This document shows positions 1-9,333 of a stretch of DNA of 64,000 nt, in pieces. The stretch is taken from the NCBI GenBank assembly GCA_019752595.1, contig JAIELV010000001.1:618394-682393 (forward strand), read 5' to 3'. Position numbers and translations under genes: made by a program. The number at the start of each line of letters is the position of its first letter. Positions within the stretch are counted from its first letter, which is position 1. This DNA is from Patescibacteria group bacterium. Lineage in GTDB: Bacteria; Patescibacteriota; Minisyncoccia; Phycocordibacterales; Phycocordibacteraceae. The notes beneath the pieces are model-generated. The model saw only the letters and a program-made list of their open reading frames with translations. It made no database searches and had not been told where the DNA came from.

Positions 1-1026
1 CGCAATCATTTCGGTCACCAAGGGCGGATAGAGTTTCGGATATTTGTTGAACGTTGCCGACATCTGCCCGCCCTTCGTTACCTCTTCCTCTGCCTCACTC
101 AGTACTTTTTTATAAAATGCATTTTCTAGGACGTCCCGAGTAATCCCGATAGAGAGGACAACATCCACGCCCGCGGAGAGAAGCGACGCCAGTGTACGGG
201 TAGTGCGTGCGGCATTTGTTTCCATAATCAATCCGCTGATAATTGGAATGCGTAAGAAAATCCAATTTGAAACGAGCTTTCCCGTTGGTGTGTTCATCGC
301 CCACATAAACGCACCTACAAATGCCGCCATTAACGTGAGCGCTACGAAGGTATTGTTTGCAAGAAATTCTGAAGCAACAATTATTGCTTCTGTTGTCGGC
401 GGGAGTTCAGTGCCCAACTCTCTAAATGTCTGCGTCAGTGTGGGCACGACAAACATGAGCATCAAAATGCCGATGCCCACCATCGCAAAAAGAACGATGG
501 AAGGATATATGAGCGCGCCTTTCACTTTTTTCGTCAGATTTGATGCGCGTTCCATTTGCGTGCCCACCACACGAAGCGATTCCGCAAGTTTTCCTGATTC
601 TTCACCTGCGCGCGTCATTGAAATCATGAGCTGTGAAAATACTGCGGGGTATTTTGCGAATGCAGAGGAAAGCGTGGCTCCGCGCTTCACTTCAGCAATC
701 AGAGAGCCAATAACTGACTGGAAATAGGGGTTTTTACTCTGGCGTTCCATCACCGAAAGTGCGCGCGAGGTGGTGAGCCCCGCTTCAAGCATGGCAGCAA
801 GGTTTCTCGTCAAAACTACTTTGTCATCAAGCGCGATGGGATTCAAAAGCGAGGTAATAAAAGACGACGAGAAAAACTGCGACGTGGAGGTTTCTTCTTC
901 AATCTCCAGCACGCGCTCTCCACGTTCGCGTACGTCGCGATACACCGCAAAGCGGTCTACAGCTTCAATCACTTCTTGTGATTTTTCTCCATCCTTCCCC
1001 GCAACTGATACTTTAAATTTAGCCAT
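1..1026 (-). CDS. pilC: Type IV pilus assembly platform protein PilC / T2SS F family (3' end outside the window)
   Basis: Minus-strand frame from ATG at 1026 (MAKFKVSVAGKDGEKSQEVIEA...) runs off the window, so it is absent from the ORF track. It contains FTRNLAAMLEAGL, GEESGKL and YPSIV motifs and follows pilB. Confidence 0.9.
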   Translation of the reverse strand, partial: MAKFKVSVAGKDGEKSQEVIEAVDRFAVYRDVRERGERVLEIEEETSTSQFFSSSFITSLLNPIALDDKVVLTRNLAAMLEAGLTTSRALSVMERQSKNPYFQSVIGSLIAEVKRGATLSSAFAKYPAVFSQLMISMTRAGEESGKLAESLRVVGTQMERASNLTKKVKGALIYPSIVLFAMVGIGILMLMFVVPTLTQTFRELGTELPPTTEAIIVASEFLANNTFVALTLMAAFVGAFMWAMNTPTGKLVSNWIFLRIPIISGLIMETNAARTTRTLASLLSAGVDVVLSIGITRDVLENAFYKKVLSEAEEEVTKGGQMSATFNKYPKLYPPLVTEMIA

Positions 1027-1047
1027 GTTCCCTTTAAATTTTTTGTG

Positions 1048-2784
1048 TTACTCAGCGACAACGCGCAGTACTTCATCAATCGTAGTAATGCCGAGCGCAG
1101 CTTTATAGATACCGTCCTCGAGCATGGTCAGCATACCCTCCTTTTTTGCTTGTGTTTCAATTTCTTCTGCGGGTGCGCCTTTTAAAATCAGATTTCTGAC
1201 TTCGTGCGTGACAGGAAGTATTTCGTGAATACCAATACGCGCAGAAAAACCGTCAGGGCACATCCCGCCGACTTTCGGTTTATAAAACGGAACTTGTTTT
1301 AAGGTTGCTTTTGGTGGAATTTTTTTCTCTTCTTTCAAAACACTCAATACGTGGTCGACGTCAACCGCTTTTTCAAGTTGCTTTACCTCATCATCAGAAA
1401 GTAAATACTCTTCTCTATCGGCGCACAATTTTCTTACCAAGCGCTGACCAACAATAACGCGAAGTGTGGAAACCAAAAGAAACGGTTCTGCCCCCATGTC
1501 GACAAATCGAGGAATGGTTGCAGACGCAGAATTGGTGTGCAGAGTTGAAAGCACCAAGTGCCCTGTGAGCGATGCGTTAATCGCCAAGGACGCCGTTTCA
1601 GTATCGCGAATTTCGCCGACCATGATAACGTCGGGGTCTTGGCGCAACAGCGCGCGCAAGCCCTGCGCGAATGTAAACCCGATATCAGGCCGAACCTGCG
1701 TTTGATTCACACGTGCCATTTGATACTCAATCGGATCTTCAACGGTTGAAATGTTTACGTCAGGGGTGTTCACAATATCCAAAACAGTGTAGAGCGTGGT
1801 GGTTTTACCAGAGCCTGTAGGCCCTGTAACCAAAATCATGCCTGTCGATTGCTTTGTTGCACTGTGAATGTGCTCCAAGCCAGCGCCGTGGAATCCCAAG
1901 GATTCGAGTGTGTACCCGCCCCCGCCTTCACGCAGAAGTCGCATGACAATTTTTTCTCCGTAGTAGGTGGGCAATACCGACACACGGAAGCTGACACGCT
2001 CACCGTCTGCCTCGATTTTAAAACGACCGTCCTGGGGAAGTCTTTTTTCGTCCAATTTCAAACGCGACAGCACTTTGATGCGTGCAGTGATTCCTGAAGC
2101 AGTGTTCTTTGGCAATTCCATGGCGTCATGCAAAATGCCGTCGATGCGGTAACGAATGAGTAGTTGTTCTTCCAGAGGTTCTATATGAATGTCGGATGCT
2201 CCTTGAATAACTGCGTGACGTAAGAGCGTGTCTACAATTTTGACGACGGGGACATCTTCTGCCAATTTTTGCAATCCGCGCTCATCGAGGTTCACGGATT
2301 CGTTCATCGTCAGCGATGCATGCTTGATGATGTCGCCGAATTCATCTTTCAAAGACTTCTGATAGATCAAAAGCGCGCTTTTGAGTGAAGCTGAGTCTGT
2401 GAGGCGTGGCAAAATTTTGAGCCCGACTTTCTTTTTTATGAAATCGATAGCTGAGAGATCGTTCGTATCGAGCATGGCGACCTCCAAAGAATCTGCATTC
2501 TTCTTATAGGCAACCACATTGTGCGTACGCGCAATCGGTTCAGGTATTAAGGAGAGGACTGCAAAATCTATTTTCGTGCCTGAAAGTGAAACAAACGGAA
2601 TACCTAATATATGAGCCTGCATTCGGCGCAAATCATCTTCGCCAAGCGCCCCCAAAGACACCAAGGCATGCGCCAAAGACTGGCCTTTATCCTTCGCGGA
2701 GCGCTCTGCCTGTTCAACGTCTTTTCGGGCAACAAGGCCAGAATCGAGTACGAACGCCTTTAATTGAGCATCTGTCGTCTGCAC
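1048..2784 (-). CDS. pilB: Type IV pilus extension ATPase PilB/GspE
   Basis: ASDIHIEP, RLPQDGR, Walker A GPTGSGKTT, LRQDPDVIMVGEIRD, LSTLHTN. Confidence 0.95.
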   Translation of the reverse strand: MQTTDAQLKAFVLDSGLVARKDVEQAERSAKDKGQSLAHALVSLGALGEDDLRRMQAHILGIPFVSLSGTKIDFAVLSLIPEPIARTHNVVAYKKNADSLEVAMLDTNDLSAIDFIKKKVGLKILPRLTDSASLKSALLIYQKSLKDEFGDIIKHASLTMNESVNLDERGLQKLAEDVPVVKIVDTLLRHAVIQGASDIHIEPLEEQLLIRYRIDGILHDAMELPKNTASGITARIKVLSRLKLDEKRLPQDGRFKIEADGERVSFRVSVLPTYYGEKIVMRLLREGGGGYTLESLGFHGAGLEHIHSATKQSTGMILVTGPTGSGKTTTLYTVLDIVNTPDVNISTVEDPIEYQMARVNQTQVRPDIGFTFAQGLRALLRQDPDVIMVGEIRDTETASLAINASLTGHLVLSTLHTNSASATIPRFVDMGAEPFLLVSTLRVIVGQRLVRKLCADREEYLLSDDEVKQLEKAVDVDHVLSVLKEEKKIPPKATLKQVPFYKPKVGGMCPDGFSARIGIHEILPVTHEVRNLILKGAPAEEIETQAKKEGMLTMLEDGIYKAALGITTIDEVLRVVAE

Positions 2785-2857
2785 ATATATAAGAGTAACA
2801 CCGAAAAACGGCTAGATTAGTGGGTTTCAGAGAATTTTGTGTACTCAAAAACAAAAA

Positions 2858-2886
2858 TTGACACCCGAAGCGGTTTGCGGTAAACT
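2858..2886 (+). promoter_or_regulatory. Sigma70 promoter of nusA
   Basis: TTGACA-N17-TAAACT. Confidence 0.8.
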
Positions 2887-2910
2887 ACGTGGGTTGAGTT
2901 TCCCTCCTTC

Positions 2911-2938
2911 GGGTCCGCGCGTGCGGGCTCTTTTTTTT
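2911..2938 (+). terminator. Terminator-like hairpin inside the nusA 5' leader (possible attenuator)
   Basis: GGGTCCGC-gcgt-GCGGGCTC followed by T8, between the promoter and the start codon. Confidence 0.6.
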
Positions 2939-3027
2939 AGAAAAATAAGGAGGGACACCGACTGTATTTTTCTTATCCAACTTTGGGTTAGAAAAATAAG
3001 GAGGAGTACCAACATAAAAATCTAATC

Positions 3028-4305
3028 ATGTTTGATCTCAAAACAATAAACCTCGTGATGGAACAGCTCGCGGAAGAACGCGGCATCCCGAAAGAAAAAA
3101 TGCTTGAAGCGATTGAAGGCGCTCTTGCAACTGCATACAACCGAGAATACGGAAAGCGCGGACGCGTGGTGCGTGCTCACTTTGATATGTCGACAGGCAG
3201 TGTGGACTTCTACCAGATAAAAACTGTTGTTGACCCGAACGAAGTGTACATGGACGAGCCTGAAGAAGTTGGAAAGAAGAAATATGACGCCCCAGGAGAT
3301 GTGGAAGACGAGAAAGTGCACTACAACGAGGAAAAACATTTATTCGTTGAAGACGCGAAGCGTATTAAACGCGATGCAAAAATTGGAGATGAAATAGTCT
3401 TCCCTCTTGAAAAGAAAACCGATTTCGGAAGAATTGCTGCACAAACTGCAAAGCAGGTCATTATGCAGAAAATCCGCGAAGCAGAACGCGCATCAGTGGT
3501 GCAAGAGTTCGGCGGTAAAGAAGGCGACATCGTACACGGAGTCGTGCAACGCATTGAACGCGGGAACTTGTACATCGACCTTGGGCGCGCAACAGGCATC
3601 ATGCCGTACCACGAGCAGATTCCTGGTGAGCGTTACCGCCCAGGAGAGCGCATTCGTGCGTACCTCTTCTCAGTAGAAGAAGGCATGCGCGGCGTTTTCC
3701 TTCGCCTTTCACGTTCGCACCCGAAGTTTTTGGAAAAACTTTTTGAACTTGAAGTGCCCGAGCTCGCAAGCGGTTCAGTGCTTATCAAAGCAGTTGCGCG
3801 TGAAGCTGGGGGAAGATCGAAAATTGCCGTACAAGCAACTGATGAACGTATTGACCCTGTGGGCGCTTTGGTAGGTCAGCGCGGCGTTCGTGTTTCAACT
3901 GTCATGAGTGAGCTTGGAGGAGAGAGGATCGACATTATTGAATGGTCTGAAAACACTGTGCAGTTTATTGAAGACGCACTCTCCCCTGCAAACGTTCTTT
4001 CAGTTACTCTGAACGAAGAAGACCGTCGTGCGAAAGTTGAAGTCTCTGAAGACCAGCAGTCGTTGGCGATTGGTCGTGGAGGTCAGAACGTGCGCTTGGC
4101 AGCAAAACTCACTGGGTGGTCTATCGACATTCAGGCAGTTGGCGGTAAAGCACCTGAAGAGAGTGTGACTGCAGACGCGGAAACCGCAACGCCAGTTGTT
4201 GTTGATGAAAACGAGGGCGACGCTATTGGACTCCCCGAAGAAGCAGTGGAGGAACAAAAATCTGATATCGTGGAAGAAGGAGAAAATTCTGAAGTTAAAA
4301 ACTAG
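3028..4305 (+). CDS. nusA: Transcription termination/antitermination factor NusA
   Basis: FGRIAAQTAKQVI, S1 and KH domains, AIGRGGQNVRLAAKLTGW. Confidence 0.97.
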   Translation: MFDLKTINLVMEQLAEERGIPKEKMLEAIEGALATAYNREYGKRGRVVRAHFDMSTGSVDFYQIKTVVDPNEVYMDEPEEVGKKKYDAPGDVEDEKVHYNEEKHLFVEDAKRIKRDAKIGDEIVFPLEKKTDFGRIAAQTAKQVIMQKIREAERASVVQEFGGKEGDIVHGVVQRIERGNLYIDLGRATGIMPYHEQIPGERYRPGERIRAYLFSVEEGMRGVFLRLSRSHPKFLEKLFELEVPELASGSVLIKAVAREAGGRSKIAVQATDERIDPVGALVGQRGVRVSTVMSELGGERIDIIEWSENTVQFIEDALSPANVLSVTLNEEDRRAKVEVSEDQQSLAIGRGGQNVRLAAKLTGWSIDIQAVGGKAPEESVTADAETATPVVVDENEGDAIGLPEEAVEEQKSDIVEEGENSEVKN

Positions 4306-4324
4306 CATCTAAAACCTGACACAT

Positions 4325-4855
4325 ATGAACTTGTGGCATGACATTGAACCAGGCGAGGCTGACGCGATGAACGTCATCATCGAAACTCCAAAAGGTTCTC
4401 ACAACAAATACGAAATTGATAAAAAAACAGGACTCATTAAATTGGATCGTGCGAATTATAATTCCGCTCCGTATCCTTTTGACTACGGTTTTGTACCGCA
4501 AACGTACTGGGAAGACGGCGATGCTTTGGACGTGATGGTGCTTTCCACGTTCCCCTTGTTTCCTGGCGCATTGGTATCTGTTCGCCCTGTAGCTCTCATG
4601 GAAATGACCGACGATGGTGATTCTGACAACAAAATTGTTGGCGTTCCTGTTGACGACAGACGCTGGGACGATGTTAAAGACGTGACCGACCTCAATGCGC
4701 ATGGACTCAAGGAATACAAAAACTTCTTTGAAACATTGAAGATGCTCAAATCGAAGCCCGCGGTAGTCACGGTGCATGGGTTTAAACCTGCTTCGGATGC
4801 AAAAGCTGCCTTTGCTCATTCTTTGGATCTCTACAAAAAAGAGTTTAAGAAATAA
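4325..4855 (+). CDS. ppa: Inorganic pyrophosphatase (family I)
   Basis: NKYEIDK, YPFDYGFVPQT and DGDALDV motifs. Confidence 0.95.
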   Translation: MNLWHDIEPGEADAMNVIIETPKGSHNKYEIDKKTGLIKLDRANYNSAPYPFDYGFVPQTYWEDGDALDVMVLSTFPLFPGALVSVRPVALMEMTDDGDSDNKIVGVPVDDRRWDDVKDVTDLNAHGLKEYKNFFETLKMLKSKPAVVTVHGFKPASDAKAAFAHSLDLYKKEFKK

Positions 4856-4864
4856 CCGATCCCC

Positions 4865-4894
4865 AAAACCCCCCTCCAAAAGAGGGGGGTTTTT
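4865..4894 (+). terminator. Intrinsic terminator after ppa
   Basis: AAAACCCCCCTC/GAGGGGGGTTTT inverted repeat with T tract. Confidence 0.85.
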
Positions 4895-4996
4895 GAAAGT
4901 TTCCCCACTGTATTCCGTCTTCAGAAATAGGCTTCGGGGGTATACTGACCGAAGACGAGCTCTTCTACTATTATTTATTTTTAATACACAGACTCT

Positions 4997-5710
4997 ATGA
5001 CAGCATCCTATAAAGTGACCGTGGTTTCTCTTCTTTCAGTGCTTATGTTATTTGCCTTTGCATCATTTGCATACGCTGAAGATACGGCAACAACCGCAGG
5101 AACCGCCGAAACGGGCACAACAAATACAGGTACGCCTCCACCGCCCCGCCCGCCGAAACCTTTGCCTGGCGCAATGCAAGAGCGAAAAGAAAATATGCAG
5201 GAGCGCGCAGCAACTATTAAAGAGAACATGCTTGAGCGCGCCTCGACAACTAAAGGCAATATCCAGGAACGCAAAGAAAACAGAATTGAGAATCGTGATG
5301 AGCGCGTAAAGATGGCAACAAAAAGACTTGGCTCCTTGGTGATGGCGCACATCGAGAGAATTGGAAAGATGATTGACCGCATACAGTCACGTGCAGACAA
5401 ACTACAGGCTAGTGGCGCAGATACGGCATCGGCTGAAGCAGACCTCGCCTCTGCAAAGGCAAAACTTGCCGAAGCAAAAACAAAATTGAGCGCACTTTCT
5501 GCAACGGCAATATTTATCTTGAACGCAAATTCCCTCGCAGCAGCATCCGAAAGTATCACCACATCAAAAGCGGCGTTTGAAGAGGTTCGTGGACTCATCA
5601 AAGAAGCGCACGACCTCATGCGGAGCGCAGTTGAAAAACTGAAATCTGCGGCGCAAGCAGCAGGGCTTGGTACAAACGAAGCCGTACAAAATTCAGAACC
5701 TCAGCAATAA
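4997..5710 (+). CDS. Secreted coiled-coil hypothetical protein
   Basis: Signal peptide ending AYA, Pro-rich linker, imperfect KENMxERA repeats and an Ala/Lys/Glu-rich helical body. Confidence 0.8.
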   Translation: MTASYKVTVVSLLSVLMLFAFASFAYAEDTATTAGTAETGTTNTGTPPPPRPPKPLPGAMQERKENMQERAATIKENMLERASTTKGNIQERKENRIENRDERVKMATKRLGSLVMAHIERIGKMIDRIQSRADKLQASGADTASAEADLASAKAKLAEAKTKLSALSATAIFILNANSLAAASESITTSKAAFEEVRGLIKEAHDLMRSAVEKLKSAAQAAGLGTNEAVQNSEPQQ

Positions 5711-5734
5711 TTTAATAACTAAACTCGAAATTGT

Positions 5735-6061
5735 ATGACTATGGACCAAATGACCCCCGCCCCAGCACCTGCCCCCGAAATGCCGAAGAAAGAGGGCGGA
5801 ACGGGAGGTGTGATCGCGATAATTGTCATCGTAGTGCTTCTCGCACTTGGTGGTATCTATTACCTCATGACTTCAGGCAGCGCAATGCTCCCTGTGGACG
5901 AGGCTATGCCAACAATGCAGGAAGTGCAAAATTCAAACGACCCTGATGTGCAAGCAACAATGCAACAGGGCTCGTCTGACGCACTTGCGGACATAGAGGC
6001 TGATATGGGCTCAACTGACTTCACTAGTCTTGATGCCGAAATCAACAATCTCGGTCAATGA
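5735..6061 (+). CDS. Small single-pass membrane protein
   Basis: One hydrophobic helix (VIAIIVIVVLLALGGIYYL) and an acidic C-terminus; followed by a terminator. Confidence 0.75.
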   Translation: MTMDQMTPAPAPAPEMPKKEGGTGGVIAIIVIVVLLALGGIYYLMTSGSAMLPVDEAMPTMQEVQNSNDPDVQATMQQGSSDALADIEADMGSTDFTSLDAEINNLGQ

Positions 6062-6069
6062 TTTGAACG

Positions 6070-6108
6070 AAAAACGCCCAGCCCTCTTAGCGAGGGCTGG
6101 GCGTTTTT
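6070..6108 (+). terminator. Intrinsic terminator
   Basis: 17-bp perfect inverted repeat AAAAACGCCCAGCCCTC/GAGGGCTGGGCGTTTTT. Confidence 0.85.
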
Positions 6109-6139
6109 AATTTTGAGCGAAACACGGTAGTATTGCCCG

Positions 6140-7201
6140 ATGCAAACGAAAAAAGACATAAAGAAAAATGCCGAGGTTTCGATAACAGGCGCTTTGCCGA
6201 AAGATACAGTTGCGGCTCACGTAGAAAAAACACTCTCAAAAATACAGAAAGATATTGCGATGCCAGGCTTTCGCAAAGGGAAAGTCCCTCTGGCAAAAGT
6301 GCGTGAATCTGTGGGAGAAAAAGCCCTTTGGAGGGAAGCTGCTGAAAGCGCGCTGAACCAGGAGCTGGAATCAATACTCAAAGAGCATGATGTGATGCCG
6401 ATTATGCCCGTGGGCGCAGCACTCAAACCAAGTGATGTTGATGCTGATGTAGAGTTTGAAATTATTGCTGTTGTTGCCCCCACGTGCTCGATTGATGACT
6501 ATAAATCAGTTGCGGAAAAGGCGATTTCGAAAATGCCGAAGTTAGACGAAGAAAAAGAGATAGAAACAGCAAAGACAGCACTTCGCGCACAGGCTCGTGC
6601 CATGACGAAATCAACTGGCGATGGCCCGTTAACTGATGAAGAAGCAAAGATTCTTGGATTTGAAAATGCGACCGCTTTTGAATTCTTTTTGACAGGAGAA
6701 GCCGAACATGCAGTCAAAGACCGTGAAATTCAAAAGAAACGCGGGGCTATCGCTGAGGCGCTTATTGAAAAGGGGGCATGCAGTATTCCGAACGTCCTCA
6801 TCGGCGAAGAAGCTATGCGTCTACTGGATGCCACAAAAAAGGACATTGCTTCGCAGGGACTTCCTTTTAATGACTACCTCAAGCAAACTGGAAAAACCGA
6901 AGAGCAGATTCGTGATGAACTGAGGACGCCAGCAGAAAAACGCGTTGCGCTCGACGTTATATTCGCCCAAATTGCGAAGAAAGAAGAAGTGAAGCTTGAT
7001 GCTGCAGAAGAAGACCGCCTTGCACACGCACTTCAGAGTCAGGGCGTTGACCATGAAACCGCTCACCGCTACATCCGTTCCGTCACGATGCGCGAAAGAG
7101 TGTGGGAAATCCTCGGTGTGAAAGCACTCTCTCGTGAATCCACTGAAAAACCAGCAGAATCCGAAGCTGAAGTTACTGAAGAAACAAAAACCCCCGCATA
7201 A
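6140..7201 (+). CDS. tig: Trigger factor (short form)
   Basis: Ribosome-binding signature PGFRKGKVP and helical C-terminal domain; 353 aa with no recognisable FKBP domain. Confidence 0.88.
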   Translation: MQTKKDIKKNAEVSITGALPKDTVAAHVEKTLSKIQKDIAMPGFRKGKVPLAKVRESVGEKALWREAAESALNQELESILKEHDVMPIMPVGAALKPSDVDADVEFEIIAVVAPTCSIDDYKSVAEKAISKMPKLDEEKEIETAKTALRAQARAMTKSTGDGPLTDEEAKILGFENATAFEFFLTGEAEHAVKDREIQKKRGAIAEALIEKGACSIPNVLIGEEAMRLLDATKKDIASQGLPFNDYLKQTGKTEEQIRDELRTPAEKRVALDVIFAQIAKKEEVKLDAAEEDRLAHALQSQGVDHETAHRYIRSVTMRERVWEILGVKALSRESTEKPAESEAEVTEETKTPA

Positions 7202-7212
7202 GCGGGGGTTTT
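7187..7212. terminator. Bidirectional terminator overlapping the tig stop
   Basis: AAAACCCCCGC-ataa-GCGGGGGTTTT between convergent genes. Confidence 0.8.
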
Positions 7213-7225
7213 AAGATCACCGAAA

Positions 7226-7480
7226 TTAACAATCTCGGCGAACTATATTGAATCGTCTCGATGCGTCGTCAGGGAAATTAGTCGACTCAGGTAAGTCGTC
7301 TAAGTATCCGTTTCTATCAAGACCGCAAATTGCTTCTGCAAAGCCTTCCCGCTTCGCCTCAACAAGTGCACTTTCCTGAGCTGCTGCATGCCTTCGAGCG
7401 AGCTCTGTACCTATTCCAATACCTGCGGTAGAAGCAACCCCTAACATAGCGAGTGTGAGAAACTCTTTTCTTTTTAGCAT
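7226..7480 (-). CDS. Small hypothetical protein, divergent from TrmB-1
   Basis: 84 aa with a hydrophobic N-terminus (KRKEFL, Tat-like); has its own TTGACA-N17-TACTAT promoter at 7557-7529. Confidence 0.65.
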   Translation of the reverse strand: MLKRKEFLTLAMLGVASTAGIGIGTELARRHAAAQESALVEAKREGFAEAICGLDRNGYLDDLPESTNFPDDASRRFNIVRRDC

Positions 7481-7528
7481 AGGTTTTATTTATCTTTTAA
7501 TAAAGTCGACCTTACCTAGGTATTGAAG

Positions 7529-7665
7529 ATAGTAGCACGCGATTTCAATATTGTCAAGATTAATTACCAAAATATTTCTTAAATGAGCTTATTTATCAAC
7601 GTTTTTTCTATATAGTAAATATTTTGTTATAAACTATTGACACAAATATACGTTTGATATACAGT
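7529..7665. promoter_or_regulatory. Back-to-back sigma70 promoters (TrmB-1 divergon)
   Basis: Minus: TTGACA(7557-7552)-N17-TACTAT. Plus: TTGACA(7637-7642)-N17-TACAGT. The spacer is AT-rich and 79 bp. Confidence 0.75.
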
Positions 7666-7673
7666 GGATTCTG

Positions 7674-8447
7674 ATGAAAAAAACAGAAAATAAACTTAAA
7701 GAATCACTGATTTCTTTGGGTCTTTCCGACAAAGAAGCATCTGTATACTTGGCGCTTTTGGAGCTTGGCCGCTCAACAGTTTCAAAAATTTCCCGTAAAG
7801 CAGACGTGAATCGTGCAACGGGGTACGTTATCTTGGATTCTTTGGTAAACATGGGTCTTGCGCATATATCTGGCAAAGAACCGAAGCAGGAATACACAGC
7901 TGAATCCCCCGATAACCTCGTGCGTCTGTTACGCGAAAGGAAAACAAAAGCGGAAACGGCTTTGGTGACCGCGGAAGCGCTCGCACTGGAATTGAAATCT
8001 ATACAGAAAAAAGAAGACCGTCCTCAGGTTAAGTTCTATGAGGGTATTGAAGGAATGAAACAGGTGTATGAAGATACCCTCACTTCATCTGAAACGATAC
8101 GCGCCTACGCTGCGGTTGAAGATGTGCACAGCTTATTCGGAAATTATTTTCCTACGTATTACAAGCGCCGCGCCGGAAAAGGCATCAGTATCCGTGCAAT
8201 ATTCCCAGACACCCCCGCATCAATTGAGCGCGCAAAGCTAGACTCGGAGGAAGCGCGAGAGAGTGTGCTTGTGCCGAAAGAAAAATATGAATTCCATCCC
8301 GAAATCAACATCTATGACAACAAAATAATGATTGCCTCATGGCGCGAAAAGCTCGGCATTATTATTGAGAGTAAAGAAATTGCCGAAGCAATGAAAACTG
8401 TTTTTGAACTTTCTTGGATCGGAGCGAAGCACGTTGCGCGCAAATAA
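7674..8447 (+). CDS. TrmB-family transcriptional regulator (paralog 1)
   Basis: N-terminal wHTH (LGLSDKEASVYLALL), FYEGIEG linker and C-terminal effector domain (INIYDNK...GIIIES). Confidence 0.88.
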   Translation: MKKTENKLKESLISLGLSDKEASVYLALLELGRSTVSKISRKADVNRATGYVILDSLVNMGLAHISGKEPKQEYTAESPDNLVRLLRERKTKAETALVTAEALALELKSIQKKEDRPQVKFYEGIEGMKQVYEDTLTSSETIRAYAAVEDVHSLFGNYFPTYYKRRAGKGISIRAIFPDTPASIERAKLDSEEARESVLVPKEKYEFHPEINIYDNKIMIASWREKLGIIIESKEIAEAMKTVFELSWIGAKHVARK

Positions 8448-8498
8448 ATACTACCTGCAGTCTTGTAGCATGTCATCATGTTACCATGGTAACACGGT
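8448..8498 (-). promoter_or_regulatory. Promoter with tandem 8-bp operator array (copy A)
   Basis: Minus strand ATGACA-N17-TAGTAT. 8469-8496 is 25/28 identical (reverse complement) to 19665-19692. Confidence 0.6.
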
Positions 8499-8532
8499 GG
8501 CACCTCACAGGTATGCAGTAGGTTGTCTACTA

Positions 8533-9333
8533 CTATCGAGCAATCATTTCCTCTTCGAAGTCAGCAACTTTTGCCTCTAACTTCTCTACAACCCCTGCAA
8601 TAGTCAATTTCTTTTTTCCCTCACCTGACGCTTCAAACACCACCCGCCCTCGTTCAAGCATTATCAGCCTGTCGCCGTACTTAATTGCGTGATGGATGTT
8701 GTGAGTAATCATGAGTGTCGTTATGTTGTGTTTCCGCACCTCATTGTCAGTCATCCGTAATATTTGTTCAGAAACCCGCGGATCAAGTGCGGCGGTATGC
8801 TCGTCAAGCAATAACAGTTTTGGTTTAATCATGGTCGCCATCAGAAGCGCGACTGACTGCTTTTGCCCTCCTGAAAACAGACTCATCTCGGTTTCAAGTC
8901 TTTTTTCAAGCCCAATTCCGAGAGGCTTCAAAAGTGCCTCAAATTCTGGCCGCCATTCTTTCCGCACTCCTTTCCCTAAGCCTGCTCCGACAACGCGCGC
9001 CTTAGCCATTGCAAGATTTTCCGCAAGCGTCATTGAGGGAACAGTGCTCTCATTCGGATTCTGACGTACGCGAGACACATATGCAGCACGGACGTGCTCG
9101 TCTAAATGGTCAATGCGTGCACCATCAAGAATTATTTTCCCCGAAGTAAGTTCAAGGGAGCCCGCAATCGCATTAAATAGTGACGATTTTCCTGCGGCAT
9201 TTGAGCCGACAATAGTGACGAATTCCCCGCGCTTCAAAGAAAGCGACATATGGTCGAGTGCAGTCACCTCCCCCGCAGTAGCAGGGTTGTATATCTTATA
9301 TAAATTATCGAGTATTAAATATTCGTTTTCCAT
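8533..9333 (-). CDS. ABC transporter ATP-binding protein (putative Trp/Tyr uptake family)
   Basis: GSNAAGKS, FSGGQ, LLLLDEHTAALDP, MITH. Confidence 0.9.
   Translation of the reverse strand: MENEYLILDNLYKIYNPATAGEVTALDHMSLSLKRGEFVTIVGSNAAGKSSLFNAIAGSLELTSGKIILDGARIDHLDEHVRAAYVSRVRQNPNESTVPSMTLAENLAMAKARVVGAGLGKGVRKEWRPEFEALLKPLGIGLEKRLETEMSLFSGGQKQSVALLMATMIKPKLLLLDEHTAALDPRVSEQILRMTDNEVRKHNITTLMITHNIHHAIKYGDRLIMLERGRVVFEASGEGKKKLTIAGVVEKLEAKVADFEEEMIAR

Noticed and set aside
8312-8503. 63-aa minus ORF as the gene driven by the orphan promoter
   Set aside because: It is mostly the antisense shadow of trmB-1; the same shadow appears opposite trmB-2 (12104-12346).
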